DNA of 63,968 nucleotides, the filler included. It is 9 parts of 9 records of this genome, joined end to end, with 100 filler letters (N's around TTAATTAATTAA, not from the genome) between each part and the next. Parts side by side here need not be neighbours in the genome. Positions count along the whole stretch, not along the records: positions 21,764 to 28,741 come from SRR7504441_6824; positions 28,842 to 37,081 come from SRR7504441_6830; positions 37,182 to 40,643 come from SRR7504441_6834; 6 more parts are not named here. One strand, written 5' to 3'. Position numbers and translations under genes: made by a program. Below, piece after piece: positions 25,288 through 37,654 of the stretch. How positions within the stretch are numbered: the stretch's first letter is position 1; each line of letters begins with the position of its first letter. The notes under the pieces are model-generated. The model was not told the DNA's origin, searched no databases, and saw nothing but the letters and a program-made list of their open reading frames with translations.

Positions 25288-25334
25288 CGTGATATCACAG
25301 TTGCCGGTATTCCGTTAGTTCTACTCCGCTTTTA

Positions 25335-26568
25335 ATGGCGCGAAGCACCGGATGCGTGCTCTACGGGTCCCCGACCGAGTGCGCCCACCTGATGAGCCAG
25401 GGCGAGCGGGAGGGCCTGACGTTCGAGCTGCGGTCGCCGGACAGCCCGGAACTGGCGGCGCTGGTCGGACGAGCCGGCCTAACTGGCGAGCTCCGGCTGC
25501 CAGTGTGCGACGCCTTTGGTGAGTGCATGATTCGGCCCACCATCGAGCAGATCAAGAAGCGGGCCAAGAAGGCGGGCGTAGCGCTGGTTCGGCCGGTTGG
25601 CGGGCTGCACGCGGCCGGGCAGAAGCTATTTCAGTTGATAGACACCAACGGCGACGGGGTGCTCTCTTTCGACGAGCTCTCATCATACCTGTCGGACCAG
25701 GGGAGCACCGACAGCCAAATCGAGACGCTGTTGGCCTCGATGGACGCCAATAATGACGGCGTGGTGAGCCCGGAGGAGTTTGCTGCTGGCTACGCGCGGC
25801 TCGAGATGCTGCTACGCGGCGCGGGCGACTCCGGTGGCGCGAGTGGAATCGTACACGACTGCCTGGTACGCCTGCCAGCTATCCGCTGGCCTCTGAACGA
25901 GGTGGCTCTCGTACACCAGGTGGCTCTGAACGAGGCGCGAACTGAGCCGGCCAAATATGCGGCGTCACTGAAGTCGAGGCTCAAGCACTTTAAGGGCAAA
26001 ATCATGCCCAACGCAGTGCCCATACCAAGCAGCGCCACGTCCCTCGAGAAAGGTACAAGTGCAGCCTTGGATGTGGCCAACGGCTTTCAGGCGCGGCTGC
26101 AGCGAGAATCCAGAGCAAGCACCGTGGGAACGCGTCCAGGCGGCTGGTGAGCTCTGTGCTCCAGTCAATGCAGAGAGAGGTGCGGTCAGGTATCTGACAT
26201 TAAAGACGACGTGAAGGCAATTGCATCCAATGCGCTTAAAAGCACCAGGGGCGGGACTGTAGTGCATGTGCGCGCGGCGGCTGCTCGGGGGCTGATTGGG
26301 TGAGCAGGAAGCGGTGGGGAGTATGACTCCCGAGTTGCAGCAAGCCACCAGTGAGCTTCCGGAAGATTTCCAAGGCAAGATCAGGACGGGGCTCGCTCAA
26401 GGCAACAGCGTGAGGGTGGCGATCACCACCAACAAGTCAGGGGATCGGGTGGAGACTACTACAAAAGTAAAGGTGTGTACATGTAACGCTAAGTAGTGAA
26501 ACCTTGTACAGGTATGGGGCGGCGGCTGCACTCTTAACATGACCTACACGTGCACGAGGCACGGATGA
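25335..26568 (+). CDS. EF-hand pair protein with a possible glutaredoxin-like N-terminus (C-terminal exons uncertain)
   Basis: EF loops DTNGDGVLSFDE and DANNDGVVSPEE. LNEARTEPAKYA resembles the start of a CAP/SCP-type domain. Last intron at 26473-26511. Confidence 0.55.
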
Positions 26569-26861
26569 TACGAGTACAACTAAAGATGGAAATAGTCATT
26601 AAGACCAGCTAGTCAGGCCATGTGTCAGATCGAGTTCAGGCATGCGGCTTAGCAGAGGCCTCGCTCCGCCGAGTCTGCTGCAAAAGGCGAGGATATAACA
26701 TTAGGTAATAATAAGAAGCTATGCGTCCTGAAAGGGCAATACATGATTGTAATCAAGCTAAATAATTATATACGTAGCTAGCAAGACTCGTGCTATACAT
26801 CGTGCTAACTACATATAGATACGTGCTACAGAATGCGCTTTGTCTGTGCGCTATAGGCTCC

Positions 26862-27950
26862 CTACAGGTCGAGCGGTTGTGCAGCGCAATCTTGCTGCAC
26901 CGCTCGCGCTAGAGCCGCCATCCGGTCATAATGGGCTTCGGTACCCGGCTTGCCGTTGGCCAACACCGCACAGCAGATCCCAGACTCCGGATCGTACCAC
27001 ACACAGCTGCTCTGGGAGCCGCCATGCGCTACGCAGTGATCCGACCCATCCCCCACCAGCAGTGTCCGCCCAACTGCTCCGAGCAGCCCCCAGTCAACTG
27101 CCATTCCTTGCAACTCATCGACCATACCTACCCGACGCCGAGCTATAAGCTGGTCCAGCAGCTCGCTAGACAGCCCGAGCGGGCTTGGCCGGGCCAGGCC
27201 GCACGCAAACAGCCGGACCAGCTCAACGGCCGGCCCCCAGCCACTCCCGCCCGGGTGTTCAGACGCTAGCTCAGCCGGGCTGTGCAGCGATTCCCAGCTC
27301 TTGCCCTGATACAGAGGGGCAAGCTGCTCCGGCGAGCCTGCATATCCGATCGAGCAGCGGTCCATCCCCAACGGACTAAACAGCTCCTCCTTGGCGAACT
27401 GGGCGTACGGTCGGCCGTCGAGCCGTTGAATCAGCTCGGCCAGGACCACCCAGCCGTGCAAGTGGTAGCAACACCGGCTGCCCGGCGCCCAGTCGAGCTC
27501 GGCCTTGACGCAGGCGGCCAGCAGCGCACTGTGTCCGGAATCCTCCGGCAGATCGAACCCGGCGAACGGGAAGCCGGCCGTGTGCAGCAGGCACTGCTCC
27601 ACGGTGCACCGATGCTTGCCGCCCTGTCCAAACTCCGGCAGATGCCGCGCCACAGGGTCGTCAAACCGGAGCCGGCCGCGCTGCACCAGCACCGCCAGGC
27701 AGAGCCCCATCACCGGCTTGACCGTTGAGCTCCAGCAGAGCGCGTGCTCGAGCCCCAGCGCCGTCCGGCCGTCCCGCCAGCCCACAGCGACCGCCCGGAC
27801 TGCAGGGTGAGCCCCGCACCGGGCAACCGCCACCTGCGCCCCGTGGTGCACCCCCACGGCCAGCCGCTCGAGCGCCGCCACGGTGCAAGGCAGTGCGGCC
27901 GCATCACCGCTCACTGGCACTCGTGCCATGGTTTTTCCGTTAGAGCTCAT
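26862..27950 (-). CDS. Beta-lactamase-family serine hydrolase (class C / EstB-like)
   Basis: SxxK motif (SSTVKP), LRFDDPVARHLPEF, LLHTAG, PGSRCCYH, LFSPLGM and HGG. Intronless. Confidence 0.88.
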   Translation of the reverse strand: MSSNGKTMARVPVSGDAAALPCTVAALERLAVGVHHGAQVAVARCGAHPAVRAVAVGWRDGRTALGLEHALCWSSTVKPVMGLCLAVLVQRGRLRFDDPVARHLPEFGQGGKHRCTVEQCLLHTAGFPFAGFDLPEDSGHSALLAACVKAELDWAPGSRCCYHLHGWVVLAELIQRLDGRPYAQFAKEELFSPLGMDRCSIGYAGSPEQLAPLYQGKSWESLHSPAELASEHPGGSGWGPAVELVRLFACGLARPSPLGLSSELLDQLIARRRVGMVDELQGMAVDWGLLGAVGRTLLVGDGSDHCVAHGGSQSSCVWYDPESGICCAVLANGKPGTEAHYDRMAALARAVQQDCAAQPLDL

Positions 27951-28021
27951 CAGCCGATAGAAAGGCCGGAGGAGGGGGCAGATAGAAAGGAGGGGGCAAC
28001 TGCACCAATCCCAGCTGGGCG

Positions 28022-28741
28022 ATGAAGAAGCTGTTCGGGCTCGCCAGCAAGGCCAAGGCAATCACCACCGCGGCCAACGACGTAGCCGCCCACCCGCCGC
28101 GCGCGCCCAGCCGATCGGCCAGGTTCTCTACGCCACGCTGTACCCCGCTGCGGTGCGCCAGCTGTCCGCGGGGGCGACTGAGGAGCCTGTTGAACCGGCG
28201 GTGCTGGCCGAGCTGGCACGGGCGGCCGACCTCGTGCGGCTGATCAACGGCGACGACGGCGCTGTGGCCCAGGCGCCCGCCGGTGCAGCCCGGGCCGCGA
28301 ACTGGCGCAGGGCCGGCTTGTGGGCTTGAGTGTGGGCGAGGACGGCAAGCCGGGCGCGTGCTGCCTGCTGGTCCGAGGGACGGTGTGGGTTGTGGTCCGA
28401 GGGACCAAAACTGTCGGGGACGTGTGCACCGACCTGGACTTCGCAAACCTGGTCCCGCTGCCCCCGCCGTCCGGGCCGGGGCTCGGTGCGGCCCGCGCGG
28501 TGCTGGAGCGGGCGGCACGGACGCTAGCCGCACTGCCAGAAGCGGTGGCTGACTGGTACGCCGTCAGCCGGATCCGGCTGTGCGGGCACAGCCTGGGTGG
28601 AGCGGTGGCAGCTGCAATGCTCGCCCTGATGCCCAGCTGCGAGGCTCTGCCACCAGGTGCGCCGCCGCCGCCGTGAGGGTCAAGCCTCGGGCCAGAGGTC
28701 AAGCGGATAACCGACGTCGCAGCCTACACACTGGGCGCCCC
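28022..28741 (+). CDS. Class 3 lipase-like protein, truncated by the linker
   Basis: VVVRGTKTVGDVCTDL and the nucleophile elbow LCGHSLGGAVA. Confidence 0.75.
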
Positions 28742-28881
28742 NNNNNNNNNNNNNNNNNNNNNNNNNNNNNNNNNNNNNNNNNNNNTTAATTAATTAANNN
28801 NNNNNNNNNNNNNNNNNNNNNNNNNNNNNNNNNNNNNNNNNCGCTGTGATCATGGGCGGGTGCGGCTCGAGCGCGGAGGTT

Positions 28882-30228
28882 ATGCGGCGGGCAGCCGCGT
28901 GCTGGGCGCTGGTGCTCCTGCTGGGGTGCCGGGCCGAGCACGAGGTGCACTGGGGGGCGCTGCCCGCCGCGCTGTGCGCCGAGCTGCAGGCGGCGGCCGA
29001 GGCGCACGGATTCGGTCTGTGGCCAGACTCGATCGACGGCAGTGCTGGGGCACGGATCGCGAGCAAGCCGCCGGCCCAGGAGATCTACATCTGGGAGCGA
29101 GGGGCCGTACGTGCCCCGGGGCTCTGGGCGCTGCTCGAGCCGTGGCTCCCCGGGCTGAAGCAGCTCGTGGACCGGCGGAAGCGGCGGGTAGGCTCGGACC
29201 GGCCGACCGAGTTTGGCTGGATATTCCTAAGGAAGTACGGCCCGGAGACAAGGCGGGATAGGCTGCGCCCGCATACGGACTCGAACCAGTTCTCGATCTC
29301 GCTGTCGCTCAACTCGGGCAGCAGCGACTTTGAAGGGGGCGGGCTGTTCGTGGTGCGCGGTAAAGCAGATAACAGCGACGGCTTCTTGGAAGGGCTGGCC
29401 AGGAAGAACAGCAGCGTGATAGAGTTCCCGCCGCAGGAGCCCGGGGTCGCGGTGCTGTACTCGCGCGGGCTCTGGCATGGCGTGGCGCCGGTGGAGTCGG
29501 GAGTGAAGTACTCGCTGTTGCTGTTTGCTGACATGCACCAGGAGGAGATCGACGGTTTCAACACAGCCGGGCTCGAGCTAACCACTGGTCTAGTGGACGA
29601 GCGGGTCTCTGGAGGGAACCTGGACCTCTACCAGCAGCGCTCGTCCACTAGCGCACTGTTGCTCCAGAGCCAGTGGCCGGCTGGGGGGCGCGTGAGTCAG
29701 CGGGCGCGGGCTGGGGAAGTGCTATTCGCTGTGGCATCAGGCGACGGAGCGGGGGCGGTGCGGCAGGCGGAGTGGGTGGTGGTGCTGAATCGCGATGTGA
29801 TTTATGTCGTGAACGACTCCGGGGGGCTAGTAGTGCCTTGCCAAGGCGAGGGCAAGAGGGCGTGCCCTGAGGTACCCAAGCGCGCTGCGGTGGACGACGA
29901 CGACGACGACGAAGACGGTTTTAGTTGTGAGGTGCAGAACCAGCTGGCTGAAGCGATTATGCTGTGGTGGGCTCCTGTGGGCGGGCAACCCCCAGTCATG
30001 CAGCCTGGCTTTGCACCGTTAGAGGCCTTTGGGACGCGGAGTAGGGCGCTGTGGAGCTACCCGGGACATCGGTTCGTGGCCACGCGAGCTGACGTCAAGG
30101 AGTGGTGCGGCGATCTAGAGGGGTGTGTGTTGGCGAGCGCTGTGGCGGCGGAGGCAGACGAGGGGTGTCGGTTGCAGCTTGGGGCGAGTGGCGGTGAAAC
30201 GAGCAAGACTAGAAGCGATGAATTGTAG
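28882..30228 (+). CDS. ER-luminal 2OG-Fe(II) oxygenase (prolyl/lysyl-hydroxylase-like)
   Basis: Signal peptide, FLRKY..LRPHTD..S.SLSLN..DFEGGGL..LWHGV.PV.SG.KY, and C-terminal RSDEL (KDEL-like). Confidence 0.8.
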   Translation: MRRAAACWALVLLLGCRAEHEVHWGALPAALCAELQAAAEAHGFGLWPDSIDGSAGARIASKPPAQEIYIWERGAVRAPGLWALLEPWLPGLKQLVDRRKRRVGSDRPTEFGWIFLRKYGPETRRDRLRPHTDSNQFSISLSLNSGSSDFEGGGLFVVRGKADNSDGFLEGLARKNSSVIEFPPQEPGVAVLYSRGLWHGVAPVESGVKYSLLLFADMHQEEIDGFNTAGLELTTGLVDERVSGGNLDLYQQRSSTSALLLQSQWPAGGRVSQRARAGEVLFAVASGDGAGAVRQAEWVVVLNRDVIYVVNDSGGLVVPCQGEGKRACPEVPKRAAVDDDDDDEDGFSCEVQNQLAEAIMLWWAPVGGQPPVMQPGFAPLEAFGTRSRALWSYPGHRFVATRADVKEWCGDLEGCVLASAVAAEADEGCRLQLGASGGETSKTRSDEL

Positions 30229-30495
30229 CGCTCGTGTAGCGCTCAATGTATACGTACTTGTACTCTACCGGTACTCTCGTTGACTATCGTTGGCTATGGT
30301 ATTTAGTAAGTGTTTAGGTCGTCTCTATATCGATTTCTATGTGAAATCTCCCGCGCACGCCGCCTGTGAGATCGCAGCCACAAAGCAACTGCTCCACCTC
30401 CGCCGACACGCTTATGCTCATCGGAAACCGCATCACTTCAGTCTCCGGCGGCGTCCGTCCACTCATGTGACCTCTTAACCTGCACCCACCCTCAC

Positions 30496-32436
30496 TCAAC
30501 TCCGTCCGTTGCCCCACCGTTGAGACATCGCCCATTCCTCTAGCAACGTCCAGACCAGCGCGAATCGCCTCCCATTGCTTGTTGCCCCGATAGCGCTCAC
30601 CACGGCCTGTTCGAGCCCAGCGCACGCCAACTCCAGCGCGGCCTGTTGCTGCCGCAACTGGGGCTCCGGGCAGCTCTGCTCCAGCCACCACTCGGACGGG
30701 GCGCCTCGCGCTAGAAAGAATTCCAAAACTGCCATCAACGGGCCAAAGTACGGAAACCGGAGAGCCCATCCGTCGCCGCGCTGCGCTGGGCGCCCCCAGA
30801 GCACCAGCGGTTGGCCTGCCTGGCGGAACTGTACCGACAGGTTGGATTGGAACCCGGCGTGCCACTCTATGGCAAGCCCGGCCGTGCAGAGCTTCCGGGC
30901 CGCGTCAGGGAAGTGCTGGGTCATCCCGGCCTCAGGGAGCTCGCTAAACGATACCTGGGAGAGATAGTCTAAAAATAGCTCCTGAGTGAGCCAGAGCTCG
31001 AGCCCGACCCGGCCCTGGTTTAGGTCCACACTGGCTTGCATTTGCTTGAAGCACTGCAGTAGTTCGGTGGCCACAAGCCCTGTGACGCCGAGATGCTGGA
31101 TGCTAGCGGAAGCTGGGCCACTCTTTAGGAGTCTAACCAGCGTATCCACAACCGCGAGCGGAGCGATGTACCCTGTGCCCTGCTGCAGGTGCGAAGCCGC
31201 AAACACCTGTCCATTGGTGAAGCTGGCGCTGAAAGGCTGGCACCTGACTGATTTGGACCCTCCAGCCTCGGGCCTTCTGCAGAGCCATCAATAGCGCGCT
31301 GAGCACGCCCAGTCGACTCGTGAGCCCCAACGGCAACGACAGCCCAAACCTCTCCCGCGCCACCTGCACACCCTCATCCCAGCCCCCCGGGCCACCCTGG
31401 CACCGCCTGCACCCCCGTTGCCTCGTCCCGGCTCAGTATGTCCGGGTCCGGTAGTCGCGATACAACAACCAACGCTCTGTGCCCATCCGGCAAAATCTCC
31501 TCCAGATACTCCCACCTGGCCAGGATCTCGGCCCACTCGGGGCACTACCCCACCGCTGGGCCAGCGCTGAGAGCCCTTTCTCGATGTGGTCCAAGTCCCG
31601 GAAGATCGCTTCTCCGTTGATCATGTACAGCGTTCGTTCGGCCGACCCAAGCACCTGCGCAGTGCGCTGGAGCACCTGCCGCGCACGATTCGCACTGGCC
31701 GCCACCCGGCCGCACCGCAGGCTCCAGCGCCGCAGAGGGGTTTCCGTTATGCCAGCAGCGCAGGTCGTCCAAGTGATCACCACCGACCTGCAGGGTCTCA
31801 CAGCACAGGCCGAGTCTCACAGCACAGACCTCAATCAGCTGGATCGCCACGTAGCGCGTGTCTGCGCGCACCTGGATCGGCGGCGCCGACAGCTCGAACT
31901 CGTCGGCAAAGAATCTAAAGTCCTCGAGCGACAACACCAGCGTCGCTCGGGCCACGTCTGACCTCCCAATCGGCCAGCCGACCAGCGCAGGCGCACCAGT
32001 GTCCAGAAACGGCGGCTCGTCGCGTGGGATCTGGCCGGGTTTGGCGTACCTGGCCGGGCTGGCCGAGGGAGGGCAGAGTGGTTGCCGTGTGTTCACGAAG
32101 CTGGAGCTGAGCATTGGCAGGTAGGAAGTCAGTTCCAGGAACCCAGGGTCATGCCACCTACCGAGCGGTCTGCCGGCGGCACCAGGCGCTGCACCAGGAG
32201 AAGCTGTGCAGCAGGGTGCTCTTTCCGGCGTTCTGGTCACCGAGCAGAAGGAAGCTGGCCATCGCCACCCCGGCTGGTGCAGAGAGCAAGCACTCGGCGC
32301 TGGCATCCATTTCGAGCACCTCCTCGTGGTACCGGTCCGGGTGTCGGTACTGGCTCCGCTGCGAGTAGCCGTAGCTGTGCTGCTGGCACGGCAGGCTGCT
32401 CTGTTTGTCCTTCAGCCAGTGCGTCGGAAACTCCAT
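30496..32436 (-). CDS. Divergent P-loop NTPase / small-GTPase-like protein (start uncertain)
   Basis: Walker A LLLGDQNAGKSTLL and G3-like QLIE|VGGD. Introns at 32158-32194 and 31788-31829. Confidence 0.55.
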
Positions 32437-32453
32437 GCGCTCCAGCCCACAGG

Positions 32454-33504
32454 ATGTCCGTTAGATTTGATCTGGAATTGGAGCCGGAAAGGACCGGTCC
32501 CATGCAGCGAGGCGTTCCTCCCAAGACGGCCCCTGCCCGCCAGCTGGCACCGCTGGCACGGCGGCCGCCGTCGCGCGCGCAGACCGCCCCAGCCGCAGTG
32601 CAGCTGTGGACCCCGTCCCACGCCGCGGAGGCGGCTTCTCTCTCGAGAGTCGAGCGGGCCAAGGCCTTCATGAAGCAGGTGCTACCCCCCCGCCCCGCCG
32701 CTGAACGGAGATCCGCAGGCGGCGGTGCGGGTGCAGCGCTCACGGGCGCAGCGGGAGACCCAGCAGCTGTCCGCCCGAACCACGGCCCGCAGCACACAGC
32801 GGACGCACCGGCCAGGGACCCCATGCACTGATAGGTAGCCGCTGACACAATGCCAGTGCTGAGCGCCTGGCTAGGTCGCCGCTCGGGCCAGAAGAAGAGC
32901 GGTTTAGGCCTCGGTTGTTCCGGCACCAACGGCAGGACGTGCTGGCCGCGTTTGCGCAAGTGAGCCCGGAGTCGACTAAGGCGTCCAAGGCTCAGTTCGA
33001 GGCCGCGCTGGGCCAGCTGATGCTTTGGCCGGGAGACGCGGACTTTAATGCGATATGGCGGAAGCACGACCCACGCGGGACAGGTCTGGTGGACTATGAG
33101 GCGTTCGGTCTGCCTGCCTGCCAGGCCTGCGGCTGAGTCTTGCTGCAGTGCAGCGGTTTGTGATGTCCGTGAGTGGAGGGTTGGAGGGTTCTGAGCTGGC
33201 TGCGATGCCACCTGCGTACAGAAACCTGAGCAACCCGCCTGGAAGGGGACCGCCACCGCTGCCGGCGGAAGTTCCGGGCGCCGTTAAAGGCGCGGCCCGG
33301 GCGGTATCCAGGCAATTGCATTTTGCTTTCAAGCAAGCTGACAAGCTCGAGCGTGGTGTAGTGCCTACCGCTGCATTTTTCAGCATACTAGACAGGTTCT
33401 CAATTCAGCCAACACTGGGGGACAAGGCTGCTCTGAAAGATGGGTTCGAGGCTGAGGGAGCAATCAGATACAGACACTTCCTGAAGCGTTGTCTGAAAAG
33501 CTAG
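32454..33504 (+). CDS. EF-hand-like domain protein (spliced; start uncertain)
   Basis: IWRKHDPRGTGLVDYEAF, AFKQADKLERGVV and GAIRYRHFL. Confidence 0.6.
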
Positions 33505-33760
33505 TGCAGTACAAAATTATTATGCCGGTACATGATTGTACCAGTAGTTACTTAGTTGTCACATGTTACTAGTGTTATACATGCTAGTGTTTCAATTTAG
33601 AACGTGGATTGTATACAGGATCTGTACAAGATCCAGATGGTATAATGTTACTCATGCAAGTCGTGTTACTATAATAATCTATACACAGATCAAACTCTTG
33701 GGGAGAGGGTATCAAGAATCCTAGTCAGATTCCGACATCCTTTCCCCAAAACTTTGAGAT

Positions 33761-33859
33761 TCTAACCTGAGCCAGTGTTACGAAAGTGTGGTTCCGCGCA
33801 ATCTAACCTGAGCCAGTGCGCCTGAAATACGGTTCCGCGGAACCACACTTTTGCAATAC
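33761..33859. repeat. Small element with inverted and direct repeats (MITE-like remnant)
   Basis: Imperfect 24-bp inverted repeat at 33775-33798 / 33836-33859. 17-bp direct repeat TCTAACCTGAGCCAGTG at 33761 and 33802. Palindrome GGTTCCGCGGAACC at 33831-33844. Confidence 0.55.
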
Positions 33860-33864
33860 CAACT

Positions 33865-36800
33865 CTAAGGTTTCCTCGTCCATTCTAACGAGCTCATTGA
33901 TAGAGCCGATCCAATCTTGCATCTCCTCCAAGGTTTCGGCTCGGAACATCTGACAGCCTGCCAGTTAGGCATCCCAACAGGCGCAACTCTAATGCCAACC
34001 AGTGTTTCGTCGTGGGCCTCGATTGCAAAGTCGTAGCCCTCGAGTCGGCTGTCCATGGATGAATCTGGAACGGCTACTGCGCATATGGATGAGGTGCCCA
34101 TGTCAACAGCGATCAGCTGTTGTACTCGAAACTTGGTAGCTTTCGTCTGTTTATCGTCCATGCCACTGCGCTGACAGGCCTGGTGACATGCAGCGCATAA
34201 TCGTTGAGTTTCTTCCACGCCTTCCTCGTGAGAATCCAACCTGCAGCCGGGTAGCTCAGCCAAAGTAGCGGCATGACACAGACTTGACATTCCTGCAGCA
34301 TCGGCTGCAAAATTGGTGCTTGCACCTCGAGCAATAGTACTGCCCGCACATACAACTCAGAACAATCCGGTTCGCTCAATCACCCTGCGAGTAAACAGTC
34401 CAAAGCTGGTCGAGCAGTCGTGGCATTCTTCGCTCTTTTTATCCGTGTCTACCGCTTGCTCGTGACAGCCAGATCCAGTGTTTAGTATGAGCAGAAAATC
34501 AGTGAGCAGCACGAGCTCGACTTGATTCTCCGAAATGGCCATCCGCTGCCCGCCCGCACCCGACGGCATGCCAGCCTCCACTGGAGTAACCCTACCTCGG
34601 CAGACTACCCTCCTGCACTCATCCACGAGGTAGGCTGCCAGCCCTTCGATTGAGTCCTGCAGGTATCTCATCTCTTCAAAATATCCCTTCTGCTTGTCGG
34701 CCCCCTTGCCACAACGACTCAGTTCTTCGCACGGGCACTGTCTGCCTGACCGCTGCCGAAGAGGTGAGTAATTCGAGCAGCGCTCTAGTCCTCTTGTAGT
34801 GCACGTGCTGCGGGTTAGTATACTTGCACAACTGGCCTACCAGTGTCACATAATTAACCTGTCCGTCACTCAAAACCCTGATCAGTCATCAAGCTCGCCA
34901 TGTGCTGCAGTGTGGAGATCGCGTAACTCTCAAAGTTGGTACATCGCCGCCGCCTACGTCTGCCGCTAGAATGCTCCTCCATGGCACTATCGCTCAGGCT
35001 TCGCTCCTGCGCCCAGGCAGTGAGGAGCAAGGGTCCTCGTGCTCAGATGCATGAGCAAGAGTCTGTGTAAAGGTACGTCTATCGAGCAGAACAGGCAACA
35101 ATGGGAGGGCAGGCCGAGGGTCACCTGAGAATTGATCAGGGCCTGCAGTTTGGGGTCGGCCTTGCGCTGTCTCCTAACAACGCCCCGAATGAAGTCTATA
35201 CGGTGAAGGAACCTCGATCGGTCATTCTTAAAGGCCGAAACATGCTTGAACGCCTTGATCAGCCACGCCTCGTCCTTTGTAGCTTCCTCGAATAAGGGCA
35301 GAGCCGTCCTGTGGCAGCGTTCAAGATCCACTGCGCTGTTGAATAGATGATTAAACTCGTGATTCGTCCAGCCATTTGGGTCGAGTTCCGAGCCACACCA
35401 CGACACAAAGAACGCCCGAAGCGGCACCATGTACTCGGATATAAAGCCTGTGAGCTGCTTGAGATACTCTTGCTCCGCACCAAAGATTTCTCTGATAGTG
35501 CCTTCTCGCATCATCAACTCATGGGCCCGTTTAGAGAGCGCTTGCTGCTTAATTAGTTTCTTCACTCGTACCTGCAGCACCCAACGGCGAGACATCCGAC
35601 CGGCCAGGTTTTCTGCGCCATGCTGCGCCTTGATTGTTGCGATCTCCCTCTCAGCATCTTCCTTCGCAGCACGGACTTGCTCATCTGCCTTCTCGAGGTG
35701 CGCCTTGAGCGCATCCTCCCCTTGCTTCCGAATTGCTTCGCACTTGGCCTCCGCCTCCTCTGCCCGCTGCTTGGCAACCTCTTCCTGCTCGTGGAGCGCT
35801 GCCAACTGAGCTTGCATTCTCTGCTCGGCCTCCGCCACAGCCGCCTCTGCCGCACTCGCCTCGTCTTGAGCTTGGTGTATCAACGTGTTCGCTGCTTCAA
35901 GCTCCTTGTTCGTCTTAGCCTCAGCCCTTGCCCGGTCCGCCTGGAGCTGCGACTGCAGCGCTGCTTCGAGCGTATCCTTTTCAAGTTGGATCGCGGCACT
36001 TGCTGCACTCTCTGCAGCGGCTCGCTCGGCTGAGATGGCCTGCTGAGCTTTCAGCTCTTTCTCCATCAATTTCTTCGCCGCCTCGCGCTCCACTGAAACC
36101 GCCTTGGCCTCGGCTTGCTCCGCGCGCTGTCGAGCTGCGGCCTCCCGCTCCATCAATTGATCGATCTCACAATACGCCTTCTGCAACCCTTCTTGCGCGA
36201 GCACCTTTGAAGCGTCCGCCTCTTTCACCAATTCAGCCGCCTTCGCCTGCTCCTGGCTGGTCTTAGCCTGAGCCAGTGCATTGCCGGCGTCGAGCTCCGC
36301 TTGCACTGCTTCCTCCAATTTGGCTCTCTCGCGTGCCAGTGCCGCTGTGGCGTTCTTCTCCAGGAGCTCGGCTGCGGCCAGCGCTGCAGTTTCCTGTGTG
36401 CGCGAGATCCGCTCCACTGCGGCCTCTGCTTGCTCGGCCCGCTCCCGGGTCTCGGCCTCGGCCTCCATGAGTCTCTCCAGCTGAACCCACGCCTGCTCCA
36501 TCCCCTCCTGTGCCGCCGCCCGTGCCACCTCCGCCTGATGCACCAGCACTCCGGCCGCTGTCGCTTCCTGCTGGGTGCGGGCCTCAGCCCGCACCCTCTC
36601 AGCCTCCATCGCCTGCTCCATCCGCTCTCGCTCCTGGGCCACCGCCGCCCCCAGCTCCTGCTCAGCCCGTGCCCTCTCCGCGTGCAGCACCCGCTCCGCC
36701 TCCTCAGCTTGCAACCTCCTGGCCTCCCCTACTTCCCGTTCGGCCGACAGTGCCCGCGCCTCCGCCTCCTCTGCGCGCTGCCTGGCCGCTGCCTCCTGCT

Positions 36801-37081
36801 CAGCCAGCGCTTCGAGCAAAGCCCAGGGATCCCGCCTGCCTGCGAGAGGGGGCGTTCCCCATTTGCTGGGCGACGGAGAACTCGTCCCGGCCGTGCGGGC
36901 TGCCGGCGGCGTGACGGCCTCGGGCCGCCGCTGCTCCGGCAGATCCTGTCGCTCGGCCGCCCTCGCGCCGGCCGCGTCTGGCTGCCCGGCTGCCCGGCCC
37001 TGCCGCTGTGCGGCCGGGTCCTGCGTGCTGTGTGCCGGGGCAGGCTGACTGTCTGACTGCCCTGCTGGCTGTCTGGTGCGG
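33865..37081 (-). CDS. FGD-like RhoGEF: coiled coil + DH + FYVE/PH-like, 5' truncated by the linker
   Basis: Long E/A/R coiled coil; DH start REGTIREIFGAEQEYLKQL..YMVPL; QLCKYTNPQH; FYVE-like ECHDCSTSFGLFTRR..CQVC. Several introns. Confidence 0.75.
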
Positions 37082-37654
37082 NNNNNNNNNNNNNNNNNNN
37101 NNNNNNNNNNNNNNNNNNNNNNNNNTTAATTAATTAANNNNNNNNNNNNNNNNNNNNNNNNNNNNNNNNNNNNNNNNNNNNCAGGCTCGGCAGCCGCCGC
37201 CGCCGCGGGCCGTCCCCTGCGCTGTCCGCCATTCGGGCTCCCCTAAATTGGGACAATAAGGAGCCGCCCGAGCCGCGCTTCATGATAGCGCTGCAGCTGC
37301 CGGTATTGCTCTGTGAAGTCAAGGCGGGATGGATCCGGTGCTGGCGTGCTAGCTGGGAATGCCCGGCCCAGGGCAGCCCAAGCAACGGCGGCAGATAAGA
37401 CTTCGACCGACAGACGACCTGTCTGGGTACTGTTTGGGCGGCTCCGATGCTCGATTGCTCGTGCGTTGCTCGGACCACCCAGCCGATTGGCCCCGCGGTG
37501 GCTCTCCAGAAGGTAGGGCGGGCTGCTGGCGCGTTGGCACTTGGCGGTGTGAGCCGCAACGCCGGCGAACCTCAGGCGTGCGTGCCAGGATCGCGACAAC
37601 ATGCTCGGCTGACGTTCCGCGCGGAGAAACATCCGATCGACTCTCCGCCGGACG

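Noticed and set aside
26862-27950. Antibiotic-resistance gene
   Set aside because: Beta-lactamase-fold esterases and peptidases are widespread in eukaryotes, and nothing here indicates beta-lactam hydrolysis.
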